A DNA stretch of 64,000 nucleotides from Candidatus Peribacteria bacterium (GCA_041691135.1 JBEPVF010000001.1:128001-192000); one strand, 5' to 3'; positions 47,701-57,962 are shown, counted from the first letter of the stretch. Numbers and translations: made by a program. The notes: a model not told the origin generated them from the sequence alone.

Positions 47701-50700
47701 ACCAGGCTGACATTGGACATTGGTTTGTACCTGATTGCTTGCGATCGAATTGATGCCCGTTGCCTGCACGCTGGCTGTGTTCACAATGGATGTGTTGCAT
47801 TGCGCATTAGCGTCAACCGTGAAACTTACATTGATCGTCCGGGTTTGACCGGCATTAATCGTACCGAGATTGCAGGTGAGGGTACCGGCGTAACTGGTGC
47901 AACCGGAATCATTCGACTGATAGTTGAGTCCATTCGGAATTTGATCCGTCACCAGAACGTTCTGAACGGGGGATTGACCGTTGTTCGTGACGACAATGGT
48001 GTAGTTCACCGTTCCGCCGCGGCTGGCTGACGATTGCTGAACCGACTTGGAAATGGTGAGGTTACCCGGGTTGCATTGCACCGTCGTTTGCGTCTGGTTG
48101 CTGCCCACGGGTGCCATACCTGCGGCCGTCGCCATGGCAGTGTTGTAGATCGTCGCATTGCATTGAGCCTGAGACGAAACCTGGAAGTTCAGCGCCAGCG
48201 TCGCCTTCTGTCCAGCATCGATCGATGTCACGTTGCACGTGAGCGTCGAGCCTTGCATCGAACAGCGTCCATCGGATGACTGCGATACGAAGGTGAGACC
48301 CGCAGGAACCTGGTCGGTTACAACCACATTCTGTGCAGACGCCTGACCGTTATTGCTCACTTCGATTGAGTAGAAAAGCGTGCCGCCAGCGGCGACCGTC
48401 GACTGTGGCGTCGACTTGGTGATCGACAGGATGGCCGGGTTGCATTGCACCGTCGACTGAGCCGGATTGCTCTGAATCTGATTGATGTTATCGGCACTGA
48501 CCGATGCGTAGTTTACGACTGAAGCATTACAGGCAGCCGTATCGTTGACATGGAATGCGAGGTTGATGGTCTTCGTTTGACCGGCGGCCAACGAAGGAAC
48601 CGTGCAAGTGACGGTCGACGAACTGGAAGAACAATTGGGATCCGACGAATTCAGAAAGCCAAGACCGGAAGGAATCTGGTCCGTGATAACGACATTCGTA
48701 GCGGCCGTCTGACCATTATTCGTCACGACGATGCCGAAGTTGAGCGTGCCGTTGCGATTGATCGTCGTCTGAGCAGTCGACTTGGTGATCGACAACTGAG
48801 CGGCAGAGCAGCTCACGACCGATTGCACTTCGTTGCTCTGTACCGGCGTATCGCCACCGGCACGAACCTGTGCGACGTTCTTGATCTGCGAAGCACAAGC
48901 CATCGTCTGCGGAACAAGTATGCGGAACGAGACGGTCTGCGACTGTCCGGCCGCAATATCATTAAGCGTGCAAGTCACGACATCACCCGCAAGGTGACAG
49001 TTCTGACTGGCGTCGACGAACTGCGTACCTGCAGGGACTTCATCTGTAATAACCACGGCCTGCGCCGTCGACTGGCCGTCATTGCGGGCAGTCAGGTTGT
49101 ACGTGATGTAGCCGCCGCGACTGACGTTCAGATCGGCTGTCGTCTTGATGATCGTGAGTTTCGAGGGCTGACAGGTCACCGTCACTTGAGAGGGATTGCT
49201 GGTGAAGTCCGTATTGTTGGCACGTACCGTTGCCGTATTTGTAATGGCGCTGTTGCACTGAGCCGTGTCCGTCACTTTAAAGGTGAGGAATACTTCGGCG
49301 CCTCCTCCGGAAACAATATCACCGAATTGATCACATAGAACCTGCGTACCGCTGAGGTGGCACGATGCTCCATTGCGAGTACCGACGAATGTCATACCTT
49401 GCGGCACCGTATCGGTCAGAACAACGTTCGTAGCCGAACCGCGGCCGATGGCATTCGTAAAGGCAATACGGTATCCAACCTCCTCACCACGATTGGCCGT
49501 CAGTTTGCTGGCCTCTTTGGTCACCGTGATCTGTGCCGACTGACAATTGACGGTTACGGTTGCAGGCTGACTCAGAACCGATGCGACACCTATCGCTTCG
49601 GCACGGGCAGTGTTCTGGATCGGCACATTGCATTGGACGTTAGCGGATGGCACGAAGGTAAGGTTAAGCGTGCGTGTCTCGACACTGTTGAGCGTCCCCA
49701 CCGTGCAAACGACATCTCCGCTCTGCTGCGAACAATTGGAATCAGACGACTGGTACGTGAGTCCCGTCGGCACCTGATCTCTGACGATCACATTTTGTGC
49801 GGCGGACTGTGAATGATTGATGACGCGAATTTGGTACGTGACCGATTCGTTCTGATTGATATTCGGCTTTGATGCAGTCTTCTCCACTTGGAGCACAGGT
49901 GCCGAGCAGCGAACAGCCACCGTGGCCGGGAAACTCGTCACTTCATCGAGACCATCGGCGCGAACGTGGGCCTTGTTCAGGATATTGCCGTCGCAAGGAG
50001 CGGAGGGATCGACACGGAAAACCAGATTAACCGTACGCGTCTGACTCATTTGCAGCGCATCAAGCGTGCAGACCACATTGGTATTGTTGAGTACGCAGCC
50101 GCTGTCGGATGACTGGAAAGTAAGACCGGCCGGCACCTCGTCCGTCACAACGACATTGGCAGCTGTCGATTCACCTGCATTTGTCACCTGGATGGCGTAA
50201 CTGATGGTTCCGTTGATGCTCACTTCGGTCTGCTGCGGCGTCTTGGTGATGCGCAATGACGGAGGATTGCATTTGACGGTCGTTTGCGCGGAGTTGCTGG
50301 TAATGGAGGCAATGCCTGTGGCTGCAACCGTCGCCGTGTTGGTGATGATCTGTTCACATGCAGCCGTATTCTTGGCTTGGAAGATCATGTTCACCATTTG
50401 GCTTTGATGTGCTGGCAGCGTATTGAGGTAACACGTGACTGTTGTTCCGTTCGACGTACAACCGCTATCTGACGACTGGAAGATGGCTCCGTCGGGAATG
50501 GTATCGGCCACAACGACGTTCTGTGCAGCCGTCTGACCTTTGTTGTCGATGCGAATTGCGTAGTAGATAAGACCCGTCGGACTGATGATCGATTGCGGAG
50601 TGGACTTCACAATTTCCAGCTGCGCCGGACTGCACACCACGTTGGTAAAGGCATTGTTGCTGAGAACAGAACTCGGATTACCTGCGAAGGTCACCGACGC

Positions 50701-53337
50701 CTGGTTGGTGATGACAATGTCACACTGTGCATCGCCGGCGATATTGAAGTTAAGAACAACAGACCGCGCCTGACCGCTGCTGAGGGAGCCGAGCGGACAA
50801 CTGATGGTCGTTCCGTTCAGATAACAGCTGCTGTCTGACGACTGATACAGAAGACCGTTAGGAATAGTGTCGTTTAGGACAACGCTGTCGGCTGTTCCCT
50901 GACCGTTGTTAGTCACTTCGATACGGTACGACACGTGGTCACCCTGAGAACCGCTGGTCTGTAACGCGGTTTTGATGACGCTGATGTTTGGAGTCTGACA
51001 TTCAACGTTCGTCTTCACCTGCTGACTCATCACATACGAAGCGTTGGTTGCCTGAGCGGAAGCGGAGTTGCTGAGTATCGTGTTGCAGCCGACGATCGTC
51101 GGTACCGAAAACGTCAGAGTGAGATTCTTCGATTGACCGGCGGCCAAATCAAAACCGCCGCAAGTCACCTGACCTGCTGTAACGGTACATAAGGCATCGG
51201 AAGACTGAGGAACGTACTGCAGTCCATAGGGGAACAAGTCCACAAGTTGTACGTTTTTCGCGGTGACCGATCCTCCGTTTGTCACAACGATGTTGTACGA
51301 AACATTTCCGCTCAGCGGTATGGACGACGGTCCGGACTTGCTGACACTCAACGAAGTTGTTGATTGCGGACAGTTCACCGGCGTCTGCACCGAACTGACG
51401 TTGTTGGATGAATTGGTATCCTGCATGCCCGTTACGGACACCGTGGCTGTATTCTGAATAGTCGATGTGCAGAACGAATCGCCGTCATTGGCAACGTCTT
51501 TGGTCTTGAAGGCAACCATAAAGGTGCGTGACTGTCCGGCGCCCAGATTGGAACCCGTACAGATGACATTCGAGCCCTGCTGCGAACAGTTGACGATATC
51601 TGAACCGTAATTACTGAAGGTAAGGTTGGCCGGAATAGCATCGGTAACCGTGAAAGCCGGTACCGTGACTGATCCGTTGTTCGTCACCACAAGGGTGTAG
51701 ATCGCCGTGTCGCCGGCGCGGACAGCTGAAGGACCGGTCTTGATGACCGACAGATCCGTCGTATTCGCCTTCACGTTCACCGTCGTACCACACACATTGC
51801 TTCCTATCTGCGTACCGTTCTTCGTGATTTTTGTCGCCACGATGTACTGGCCCGCTACCAGATTACTGGTGTTCGTGAACGGATAATTCACCGTCACCGT
51901 GTCGCCAGGTTTCACATCGTTCGGCAATGTCATTGTTACCGACATGCCCGGCATAGGCGTGACTCCAGAGAAGGAAGCTTGTTCGATGCGGAAACCTGTA
52001 CCGGCAGTCCATGTCGTATCGCCGGTGTTCTTCCAAGTGATGCGAGCGGTAAGTGGATCGCCAATTGCGATGTTGTACGGACCTTCGGTCTGCTGACACA
52101 GTGCGTTGTCCGTTAACTGGGGAGCGGCAACCGTAATCTGCTTCGTACACTTCTGACCGATCCATGCCACGCCTTCGTGACCCATCGACCAGTCGAACGA
52201 ATAAGTTCCGGGTGTAGAAGGAGCGCGGAACGGCCACTGTAATTGCACGGACTCATTCGGTGCCACATCATGTGGCAACGGCACGCGACTGCCATTGAAG
52301 ACGACGTTGTTATCAGGATCTCTCGAACCGAGCTTGTAGGCATGGGCATCATAGACGCCTCCGCCAGCGATCCATTTTTCCGTTCCCGTATTCTGCACAT
52401 TGAACATGGCCTGGAACTGCTGTCCTGGCTGCAATACATCCGGTGCGATGATCTGACACGTGGCGTTGGCTTGGGTCTGTTGGACGCAGTAATTAGCAGC
52501 CGTCGAAACGCTACCGAGGATGATATTCGGTACACCGTTTTTTAAGGACTGCGGCGCGTCACCGTAGAACAGGTCGACTTGGTAGTTACAAGGTGGAAGA
52601 TCTGCCTTTACGGTGGCGCTCTTGTGTCCCCACACCGTCACTTTGTCCGATGCGTCATAGAAAATCTGCGTCGTAATATCCGGCAAGGGATTCTGCATTT
52701 TGTAAGCTGCAGCGATAATCGGGAACGAGCAGCCGGTGTCGTTGGTCACCGTGTACGTGCCGGTAAGCACATTCTGATCGACCTTGATCAGACCGCTATG
52801 CCAAAAATCCAGCACCTGCTGGTACGACAACGGCGACGTGCATGTCGGCGGATGCGGACAGGCCGGCGTGGCTGTATTCACCATGTTCGTCGTAATTGAA
52901 ACCGGCGTTACATAGTTACCACCACCCTGCTGACCCCTTCTACCCGAAAAACTGGCCTGAAAGCTGGAATTCAGCCCACATTGGTTATTTGCTGTAAAAT
53001 TCAGACGAATAAGCGCGGTATGCGTATTGTGAAAAGCCGTAACCGGGCAGGACACGATTCCGTTCTGGGCCGTACAGGTGGCCGTTCCCAAATCCGAAAC
53101 TGAGGAGCCAGACACAAAAGTCATTCCATTTGGCACATTTGCTACCAATTGACCAAATGCAATCGGTCCTATGGCATTATTGGTGATACTCACCTGGTAT
53201 GTGGCTGTGCCCCCAGCGCTTACGGAAGCCGGACCAGAAACAGTGGATGACAAATTGCTCGCGGCACTGGCAGTCGAAACTGCTGAAAATGCAACGCCCA
53301 CGGTGACTATCAATGTGGCAAGGAAACGGTTTCTCAT
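44737..53337 (-). CDS. giant DUF11-repeat cell-surface protein (~2866 aa) with an LPQTG + TM tail
   Basis: Signal peptide; about 19 DUF11-like repeats (LSITKS...YxIxVTNxG..A.NVVVTD.IP.GL.F); two NBR1-like Ig domains (NTG..W); C-terminal LPQTG...TM-KRFFI. Confidence 0.9.
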   Translation of the reverse strand: MRNRFLATLIVTVGVAFSAVSTASAASNLSSTVSGPASVSAGGTATYQVSITNNAIGPIAFGQLVANVPNGMTFVSGSSVSDLGTATCTAQNGIVSCPVTAFHNTHTALIRLNFTANNQCGLNSSFQASFSGRRGQQGGGNYVTPVSITTNMVNTATPACPHPPTCTSPLSYQQVLDFWHSGLIKVDQNVLTGTYTVTNDTGCSFPIIAAAYKMQNPLPDITTQIFYDASDKVTVWGHKSATVKADLPPCNYQVDLFYGDAPQSLKNGVPNIILGSVSTAANYCVQQTQANATCQIIAPDVLQPGQQFQAMFNVQNTGTEKWIAGGGVYDAHAYKLGSRDPDNNVVFNGSRVPLPHDVAPNESVQLQWPFRAPSTPGTYSFDWSMGHEGVAWIGQKCTKQITVAAPQLTDNALCQQTEGPYNIAIGDPLTARITWKNTGDTTWTAGTGFRIEQASFSGVTPMPGMSVTMTLPNDVKPGDTVTVNYPFTNTSNLVAGQYIVATKITKNGTQIGSNVCGTTVNVKANTTDLSVIKTGPSAVRAGDTAIYTLVVTNNGSVTVPAFTVTDAIPANLTFSNYGSDIVNCSQQGSNVICTGSNLGAGQSRTFMVAFKTKDVANDGDSFCTSTIQNTATVSVTGMQDTNSSNNVSSVQTPVNCPQSTTSLSVSKSGPSSIPLSGNVSYNIVVTNGGSVTAKNVQLVDLFPYGLQYVPQSSDALCTVTAGQVTCGGFDLAAGQSKNLTLTFSVPTIVGCNTILSNSASAQATNASYVMSQQVKTNVECQTPNISVIKTALQTSGSQGDHVSYRIEVTNNGQGTADSVVLNDTIPNGLLYQSSDSSCYLNGTTISCPLGSLSSGQARSVVLNFNIAGDAQCDIVITNQASVTFAGNPSSVLSNNAFTNVVCSPAQLEIVKSTPQSIISPTGLIYYAIRIDNKGQTAAQNVVVADTIPDGAIFQSSDSGCTSNGTTVTCYLNTLPAHQSQMVNMIFQAKNTAACEQIITNTATVAATGIASITSNSAQTTVKCNPPSLRITKTPQQTEVSINGTISYAIQVTNAGESTAANVVVTDEVPAGLTFQSSDSGCVLNNTNVVCTLDALQMSQTRTVNLVFRVDPSAPCDGNILNKAHVRADGLDEVTSFPATVAVRCSAPVLQVEKTASKPNINQNESVTYQIRVINHSQSAAQNVIVRDQVPTGLTYQSSDSNCSQQSGDVVCTVGTLNSVETRTLNLTFVPSANVQCNVPIQNTARAEAIGVASVLSQPATVTVNCQSAQITVTKEASKLTANRGEEVGYRIAFTNAIGRGSATNVVLTDTVPQGMTFVGTRNGASCHLSGTQVLCDQFGDIVSGGGAEVFLTFKVTDTAQCNSAITNTATVRANNTDFTSNPSQVTVTCQPSKLTIIKTTADLNVSRGGYITYNLTARNDGQSTAQAVVITDEVPAGTQFVDASQNCHLAGDVVTCTLNDIAAGQSQTVSFRILVPQTMACASQIKNVAQVRAGGDTPVQSNEVQSVVSCSAAQLSITKSTAQTTINRNGTLNFGIVVTNNGQTAATNVVITDQIPSGLGFLNSSDPNCSSSSSTVTCTVPSLAAGQTKTINLAFHVNDTAACNASVVNYASVSADNINQIQSNPAQSTVQCNPAILSITKSTPQSTVAAGGTLFYSIEVSNNGQASAQNVVVTDQVPAGLTFVSQSSDGRCSMQGSTLTCNVTSIDAGQKATLALNFQVSSQAQCNATIYNTAMATAAGMAPVGSNQTQTTVQCNPGNLTISKSVQQSSASRGGTVNYTIVVTNNGQSPVQNVLVTDQIPNGLNYQSNDSGCTSYAGTLTCNLGTINAGQTRTINVSFTVDANAQCNTSIVNTASVQATGINSIASNQVQTNVQCQPGQLSITKSVQQSTVSQNGTINYSIVVTNSGQSAVQNVVVSDQIPSGLSFQTSDSGCTTYGGTVTCNIGALNPNQSRTVNLTFTASSVQCNATVTNTAAAQAAGINTVNSNTVQTTVQCLPGQLTINKSGSTTVTQNGTINYTIVVANSGQSAVQNVVVSDQIPSGLTFQSSDSGCQVNGGAVTCNLGTLNVGQNRTIALVFTASNVQCNATVSNTATVQGTGINTVSSNTFQTSVQCVQNPTFSISKTDNQTTAQPNDVLNYQITVTNTSNVAASNVTVSDTLPSQLSYQNASDNPSVNGNSLTWTIGSLGANASKTLTVQARIASNAANGTQIINTATVANQQATDTTTVNVVNQTGCVNISKEVYDANNNRISTVPQFSFRLDNNQTATNDANGNAQFTNVPVGSHTVTETSQSGWTQFNVTPDNGTVNVSAGGSCASVIFKNRQVVTGGGLSITKTDNRTTVTPSDTLNYQITLTNSSSAAMNNVTVTDVLPSQYLTYVSSSNNGTINGQTVTWNNLTINANSSLTLSLQARVSDSQSNNNAVITNTAQISNGPSATDTTTIQTTSGNNNQCSVSVTHYPSNPIGNDMLTYQLRVMNLSNASNQITVTQILPSRTRFNFADNGGSLAGNGVVTWNNLLFAANETKFFSVQARLDSDVTADDILLSTVTACNTSVNDTVQLNSDGTTPDIGLDITDKPDPVSPGDILTYKLRVSNRSSRPVNGLTLRATLDDNTDFDDASDNGDEASTGRVEWRNISIDADSDQTFTLKVKVNKDEQDGDTLRLRATVDNATATEDTDVVAGESSSSSEQFTGNLTFSKQADRYEAQPGDRIVYTITIRNSTSDSISDIQLNDAFDPSKVTMQDVDGGSVGGGTINWDLGVLAPGESRIIRYTGTLSPQLHHGDSVTNTATMTSDHGTLGGSATVRIIEHLPQTGAGDGTSPLEDTSAFLTPFHSATNGNALPMTLWTVMLSGIGFAGYFGKRFFI

Positions 53338-53402
53338 ACGACTGAAGGGAAGAAAATGGGGATTTAGGATAAATGGCTGGATCAAAGCGACAAGAAAGGG
53401 AT

Positions 53403-53432
53403 TAGATATAGCTCAATATTTGCATAAAGTCA
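53403..53432 (-). promoter_or_regulatory. promoter of giant surface protein
   Basis: Minus strand TTGACT-N17-TATATC. Confidence 0.5.
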
Positions 53433-53671
53433 AATATATTTTCTATTATACATTTCACTCTGAGGGGATTCACAATTTTCATCTTAAACCGAGAATTAAG
53501 TGAAACTACAATGAAAAGTGCCTCCTCTGACGAAAGCTGCTGTAAAATCTTACAAATCGAGCAATATTTGTGCTCAATTTAAGAGCTCCCTCCCGGCCAA
53601 AGCCGAGAGGGACACGTGATGAATGCATCGCATGTACGAGCGGTTCTCACGAATTTTACGGCTGATTCGCA

Positions 53672-54049
53672 TCAGATGCGCAGTTTTCGCCGAAGGACCA
53701 GAGCGGCTTCCTTTTGCGCCTCATCCCCAAGTATAGAGACCACCTGGGCGAAGTGTCGGGCCCAGCAACACTCCAATTGCCGCATCACAGAGCGGTTTTG
53801 ATCCGAGGGATCGTGGATGAAGACGACGACCTTCATGGGAACGATGCCTCGACTAATCCCTTCCTGACAGCATTCAACCCATTCGGAGTTGAGGGGGTCG
53901 CAGAGCAGGGCATCCGGCAGCTGCTCATCCATAACAGCGCGAGCCGTCGCCAGATCGGTGGCCCACAAGAACTCCGGTCTGAAGCCGAGTTCCCCGAAGC
54001 CATCTAGCCTCGGCGGAGTCTTGTAATCTCTAAACCAAAGAACGCGCAT
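53672..54049 (-). CDS. divergent receiver-like protein
   Basis: MRVLWFRD...PDALLCD...KVVVF pattern; AGGAGG 8 nt upstream of the ATG; hairpin at about 53586-53611 downstream. Confidence 0.55.
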   Translation of the reverse strand: MRVLWFRDYKTPPRLDGFGELGFRPEFLWATDLATARAVMDEQLPDALLCDPLNSEWVECCQEGISRGIVPMKVVVFIHDPSDQNRSVMRQLECCWARHFAQVVSILGDEAQKEAALVLRRKLRI

Positions 54050-54149
54050 AACCAAAGCCTCCTAGACGAACTGGTGGTGCGATCACTTTTCGGAGAATAG
54101 ATCACAATCAAAAGCAGTCAATTTAATGGTCAAGAACAGCAACTTCTTA

Positions 54150-54283
54150 CGAAGGCATGGCCGCGTAAAGCTTGCTTCGCTCGCAACGCGACTCACGTAA
54201 AATCGCTTCTCGCTTGGAAGTTATTGGTTTTCGAATCTGATGGCTGCGCCACGTGATCACAAGCCACTGCGACCGATTTTACG

Positions 54284-54285
<2 letters not shown>
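54150..54285. repeat. tRNA-3' inverted-repeat trailer (copy 2)
   Basis: 12-bp IR CACGTAAAATCG (54194-54205) / CGATTTTACGTG (54274-54285); internal TCGAA-N4-ATGGCTGCGCCACG. Confidence 0.7.
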
Positions 54286-54358
<73 letters not shown>

Positions 54359-54502
54359 CCGTCCCGTCTATCGTACCAGATTTTGCAAAAGTTCCATGCC
54401 CGCCGGTGAATAGCTATGAAAACCGACTGAATCACTCGCTCGCCAAAGAAAGATGTAAATAAATGGATGAGCCACTTATGTTCTGTGCTACTCTTTCCGC
54501 CT

Positions 54503-56191
54503 ATGCCCGTGCGCAGAACGAGCAACCAAGCCGCTACGGCTGCTCTCAAACTGGCTCGAAAAAAAACGATTGCTCCCGGCAAACGTGTGTCGCCAAAAAT
54601 GTTTTCGCAAGTTGCCAAGACCAAGGCTCGAGACGCCCGCGAACAGGTGGAAGCGCGCAAACGGTATCAGGCGTTGGCCGAAGCCATCCCGCAGATCGTG
54701 TGGACCTCCACGCCGGAGGGCTATGTCGATTATTTCAACCGACGATGGTTCGAATACACCGGACTAACCGAAGACGAAACGTACAAACAGACGAAGAGCA
54801 TTCTGCATCTCGATGACGTGGCCCTCTACAACGAACGATGGAGCACAGCTCTGCGCACCGGGGAGGAGTATGTGATCGAATATCGTTTCCGCCGCGCTTC
54901 GGACGGCACGTATCGCTGGCACCTGGGCCGCGGTATTCCCATTCGCGACGAAAAGGGACACATCATCAAATGGTTCGGCACCAGCACCGACATCGATGAT
55001 CAAAAGAAATTGGAAGAACACATCCGGTCTGCCAACGATGTTCTGGAAGAAAAGGTGAAGGAACGTACGCGTGTATTGGAAGACGAAATTCGTCAAAGAA
55101 AGGAAATGGAACAGACAAATTTGGACACGCTGCACCGACTGCAAACAGTGATGACATCGATGCACATGGGTGCCGTTCTGGCTGATCAAGAGCAGAATAT
55201 CATCAGCGTCAACCAACGCTTCTGTGATTTATTTGATCTGAAAATCGAGCCGGATTCACTGGTGGGAATGAAAGGCGACGAGCTGATTCAAAAAGTGACG
55301 AACCGTCTGCTGAATCCAATCGAAACGATCCAGCGATTGCATCAGGCCTTAAGCAACATGAAGCCGCAGGTGAATGCGGAAGTCTATTTAAAAAACGGCA
55401 CTGTCCTCGCGCGCGAATATGTCCCGCTGGTCGCCGACGGCAACCCGTTCGGCCATCTGGTCCTGTACCGCGACATCACGTTGGAAAAAAAGATCGATGC
55501 TTCCAAGTCCGAGTTCATGTCACTGGCATCGCATCAGCTGCGTACGCCGCTTACTTCCATACGCTGGGTGCTTGGCAAACTCTCGCGCATGTTGGACGAA
55601 AAATTGTCCGAGGCGGAGAAGCACTTATTCACCGAAGGAAAAAAGGCGACCATGCGCATGGCCGGCACCATCGATACGATGCTCACGATTTCGCGCATCG
55701 AATCGGGCAAAGTGAGCTTGAAACTGAAAGACGTGCATATGCACACTTTTTTGAAGGAACTTCTCTTGCAGTTCAATGCCGAGACAACCGAAAAGAATAT
55801 TGCCTGCAAAATAGACTGCCCCGACCATGTGTTCCTCATCACCGATGCGAGTTTCCTGAGCGAGATTTTCCACAATCTGCTGGGCAATTCGATCAAATAC
55901 AACAAACTCAATGGAAGCGTACATATAAAAGTGCTTGAGCATTCACAGACTCTAAAAGTGCAAATATCAGACACCGGTTACGGCATACCATCCGATCAGC
56001 ATAGTATGATTTTCAGCAAATTCTTCCGCGCTTCCAATGTCGTGAACGAAGACACCGAAGGCAGCGGCCTGGGCCTGTATTTGGTTCATTTGCTTGTCAC
56101 CATCCTGGGCGGCAAGATCTCATTCACCTCCAAGGAGGGCGAAGGTACTCTTTTCACCGTTATTCTTCCGACCGTAACCGATATTTCATGA
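54503..56191 (+). CDS. cytoplasmic PAS-PAS sensor histidine kinase
   Basis: PAS_3 (YFNRRWFEYTG, DGTYRWHL), H-box ASHQLRTPL, NSIKY, DTGYGI, GSGLGL. Confidence 0.93.
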   Translation: MPVRRTSNQAATAALKLARKKTIAPGKRVSPKMFSQVAKTKARDAREQVEARKRYQALAEAIPQIVWTSTPEGYVDYFNRRWFEYTGLTEDETYKQTKSILHLDDVALYNERWSTALRTGEEYVIEYRFRRASDGTYRWHLGRGIPIRDEKGHIIKWFGTSTDIDDQKKLEEHIRSANDVLEEKVKERTRVLEDEIRQRKEMEQTNLDTLHRLQTVMTSMHMGAVLADQEQNIISVNQRFCDLFDLKIEPDSLVGMKGDELIQKVTNRLLNPIETIQRLHQALSNMKPQVNAEVYLKNGTVLAREYVPLVADGNPFGHLVLYRDITLEKKIDASKSEFMSLASHQLRTPLTSIRWVLGKLSRMLDEKLSEAEKHLFTEGKKATMRMAGTIDTMLTISRIESGKVSLKLKDVHMHTFLKELLLQFNAETTEKNIACKIDCPDHVFLITDASFLSEIFHNLLGNSIKYNKLNGSVHIKVLEHSQTLKVQISDTGYGIPSDQHSMIFSKFFRASNVVNEDTEGSGLGLYLVHLLVTILGGKISFTSKEGEGTLFTVILPTVTDIS

Positions 56192-56550
56192 GCAAACACA
56201 TTCTCCTCGTCGAAGATGAAATCCTGCTCCGCGACATGATGACGATGTCGCTGAAAGAAGCGGGTGCGGAAGTGACAGTAGCCGCCAACGGCCAAGAGGC
56301 GATAGACATTCTGAAAACGGAAATACCGGACCTGATGCTCCTGGATATCCTGATGCCCAAAGCCGATGGCTACGACGTGATGCACTTCGTCCGCGACAAC
56401 GGCCTCACGTTTCCCGTCATCGTGATTTCCAACTTGAGCGATCCTCAAGAAGAGGAAAAAAGCCGAGCCCTGGGAGCTGTGGATTTCTTGGTAAAAAGCA
56501 ATTTGGATGAAGATGAGTTGTGGGAAAAGGTAAAAAAATATTTAGCCTGA
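56188..56550 (+). CDS. single-domain response regulator receiver
   Basis: ILLVEDE, PDLMLLDILMP, DFLVK; ATGA overlap with the kinase gene. Confidence 0.93.
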   Translation: MSKHILLVEDEILLRDMMTMSLKEAGAEVTVAANGQEAIDILKTEIPDLMLLDILMPKADGYDVMHFVRDNGLTFPVIVISNLSDPQEEEKSRALGAVDFLVKSNLDEDELWEKVKKYLA

Positions 56551-56618
56551 TCGTTTTCACTTCTGCCCTTATTTAAAGCGTGGATTAATTGTATTGTAGT
56601 AGTATAAAGTTAATTGTT

Positions 56619-57962
56619 ATGGACATGAACTTTAGACAGACATTAGGGCAAGAATTGCGCCAAATGACGCCTGAATTTAATGAGGTCGTTATCAGGATGA
56701 GCAACTTAGTTGCCGATATGATTTATAGAAAAGCAAAAAAAAATGCGGATGAAAAATATGGAGAGATTGAAAGCCTGCGGTCGAGGCGTTATATCCAAAC
56801 TCTCACGGATCGAATGACAGCTCATCAATTCGCACCAGAAGCTGTTCATGCACTCATGCTCGACAAAAATTGGGTGACTGTCATCAAGAAGATCGACGTT
56901 GTCTTGGATGCAATTATCAACAATAACCCTATACCGCAGAACATCGAGCAAAGCGATTATAGAATACCGCCATACGATTCTATCGTAGAGCACTTGCGCC
57001 ATCCGATTATATTTCAACTGGAGTTATTGATGGAACCTACCGGAAAATTTGCAGAGAAACGCCATAAGCTCGAGGCGGCACAATCGATGGAAGTCGCCAT
57101 GGCCACCGAAGAGGATATTCCCGCTATTGAAGAGGAATACAACAGACAACTCCTGGTTATAAATGAGCTCATTAGCGGAAATCGAGCGGACTTCCGAGAG
57201 AAAATGAGGGGTGGGTTTGTCTTGCCGTTCGATCATCCTCATCGCACTGGAAAATCCGACCGGGAGGAGTTACGAGAGGCCATTCATCAGCCTTTTGTGA
57301 GTGGAAAAGGCTACACCTTGAACTTACTGCTCAAACAAGGCAATGAAGTGAAAGGATGGTACGAAGGATTTGTGCCGGATCCCACCGGTATGAGCAAGAA
57401 AGCAATTGCACAGGAAAAATCAGATATACGACACGGCAACACCGGGAAAGTAAAATACGACAAGGAAATGAGGAAAATGTTGATCAATAGTATTCCGGTG
57501 CGCTCCAAATTGATGATGATTATGCAGGCAACGGATACGGATTTTGTCGCCAGCCGCGCGTACGCCATCGGTACGATGCTGCTCAAGCTTTTTAACCCCG
57601 ATACGACATTGCTCGATACATATTGGCTCCGACGCCTGCGTATCTCAGGCATGAAACCCGAACCGATAGGCAATAACTGGTCCAGTCAGCGTTTTTGTAA
57701 AGACAGACATTACGAAGAAATCGGCGTGGATGCGGACGAAAATGGCGAAGAAACGATACGTTCCGTTAACGGGATCGACTATTCGATTCAACCGGGATGG
57801 ACAAGGGCTATGGCTCCCTTTGACGACTCATTATCCGCAGCAGATCGGCTTCAGGATCAAGTCTGTGCTTTCTACCATGTTGATCGCAATGATGACAAGT
57901 TGACCACTGTTCTCTTAAAGGAAATGATGCAAACCTATCAAATCGCAACTCATAGAAGGTAA
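56619..57962 (+). CDS. hypothetical protein, possible degenerate GNAT fold in the C-terminal part
   Basis: Long ORF; VAMATEEDIPAI...GGFVL resembles a GNAT N-terminus. Confidence 0.7.
   Translation: MDMNFRQTLGQELRQMTPEFNEVVIRMSNLVADMIYRKAKKNADEKYGEIESLRSRRYIQTLTDRMTAHQFAPEAVHALMLDKNWVTVIKKIDVVLDAIINNNPIPQNIEQSDYRIPPYDSIVEHLRHPIIFQLELLMEPTGKFAEKRHKLEAAQSMEVAMATEEDIPAIEEEYNRQLLVINELISGNRADFREKMRGGFVLPFDHPHRTGKSDREELREAIHQPFVSGKGYTLNLLLKQGNEVKGWYEGFVPDPTGMSKKAIAQEKSDIRHGNTGKVKYDKEMRKMLINSIPVRSKLMMIMQATDTDFVASRAYAIGTMLLKLFNPDTTLLDTYWLRRLRISGMKPEPIGNNWSSQRFCKDRHYEEIGVDADENGEETIRSVNGIDYSIQPGWTRAMAPFDDSLSAADRLQDQVCAFYHVDRNDDKLTTVLLKEMMQTYQIATHRR

Noticed and set aside
44737-53337. Possible CRISPR array or DGR template/variable repeat pair among the ~357-bp repeats
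   Set aside because: The repeats are in-frame protein domains, the differences are not adenine-specific, and no cas or reverse transcriptase gene is in the window.
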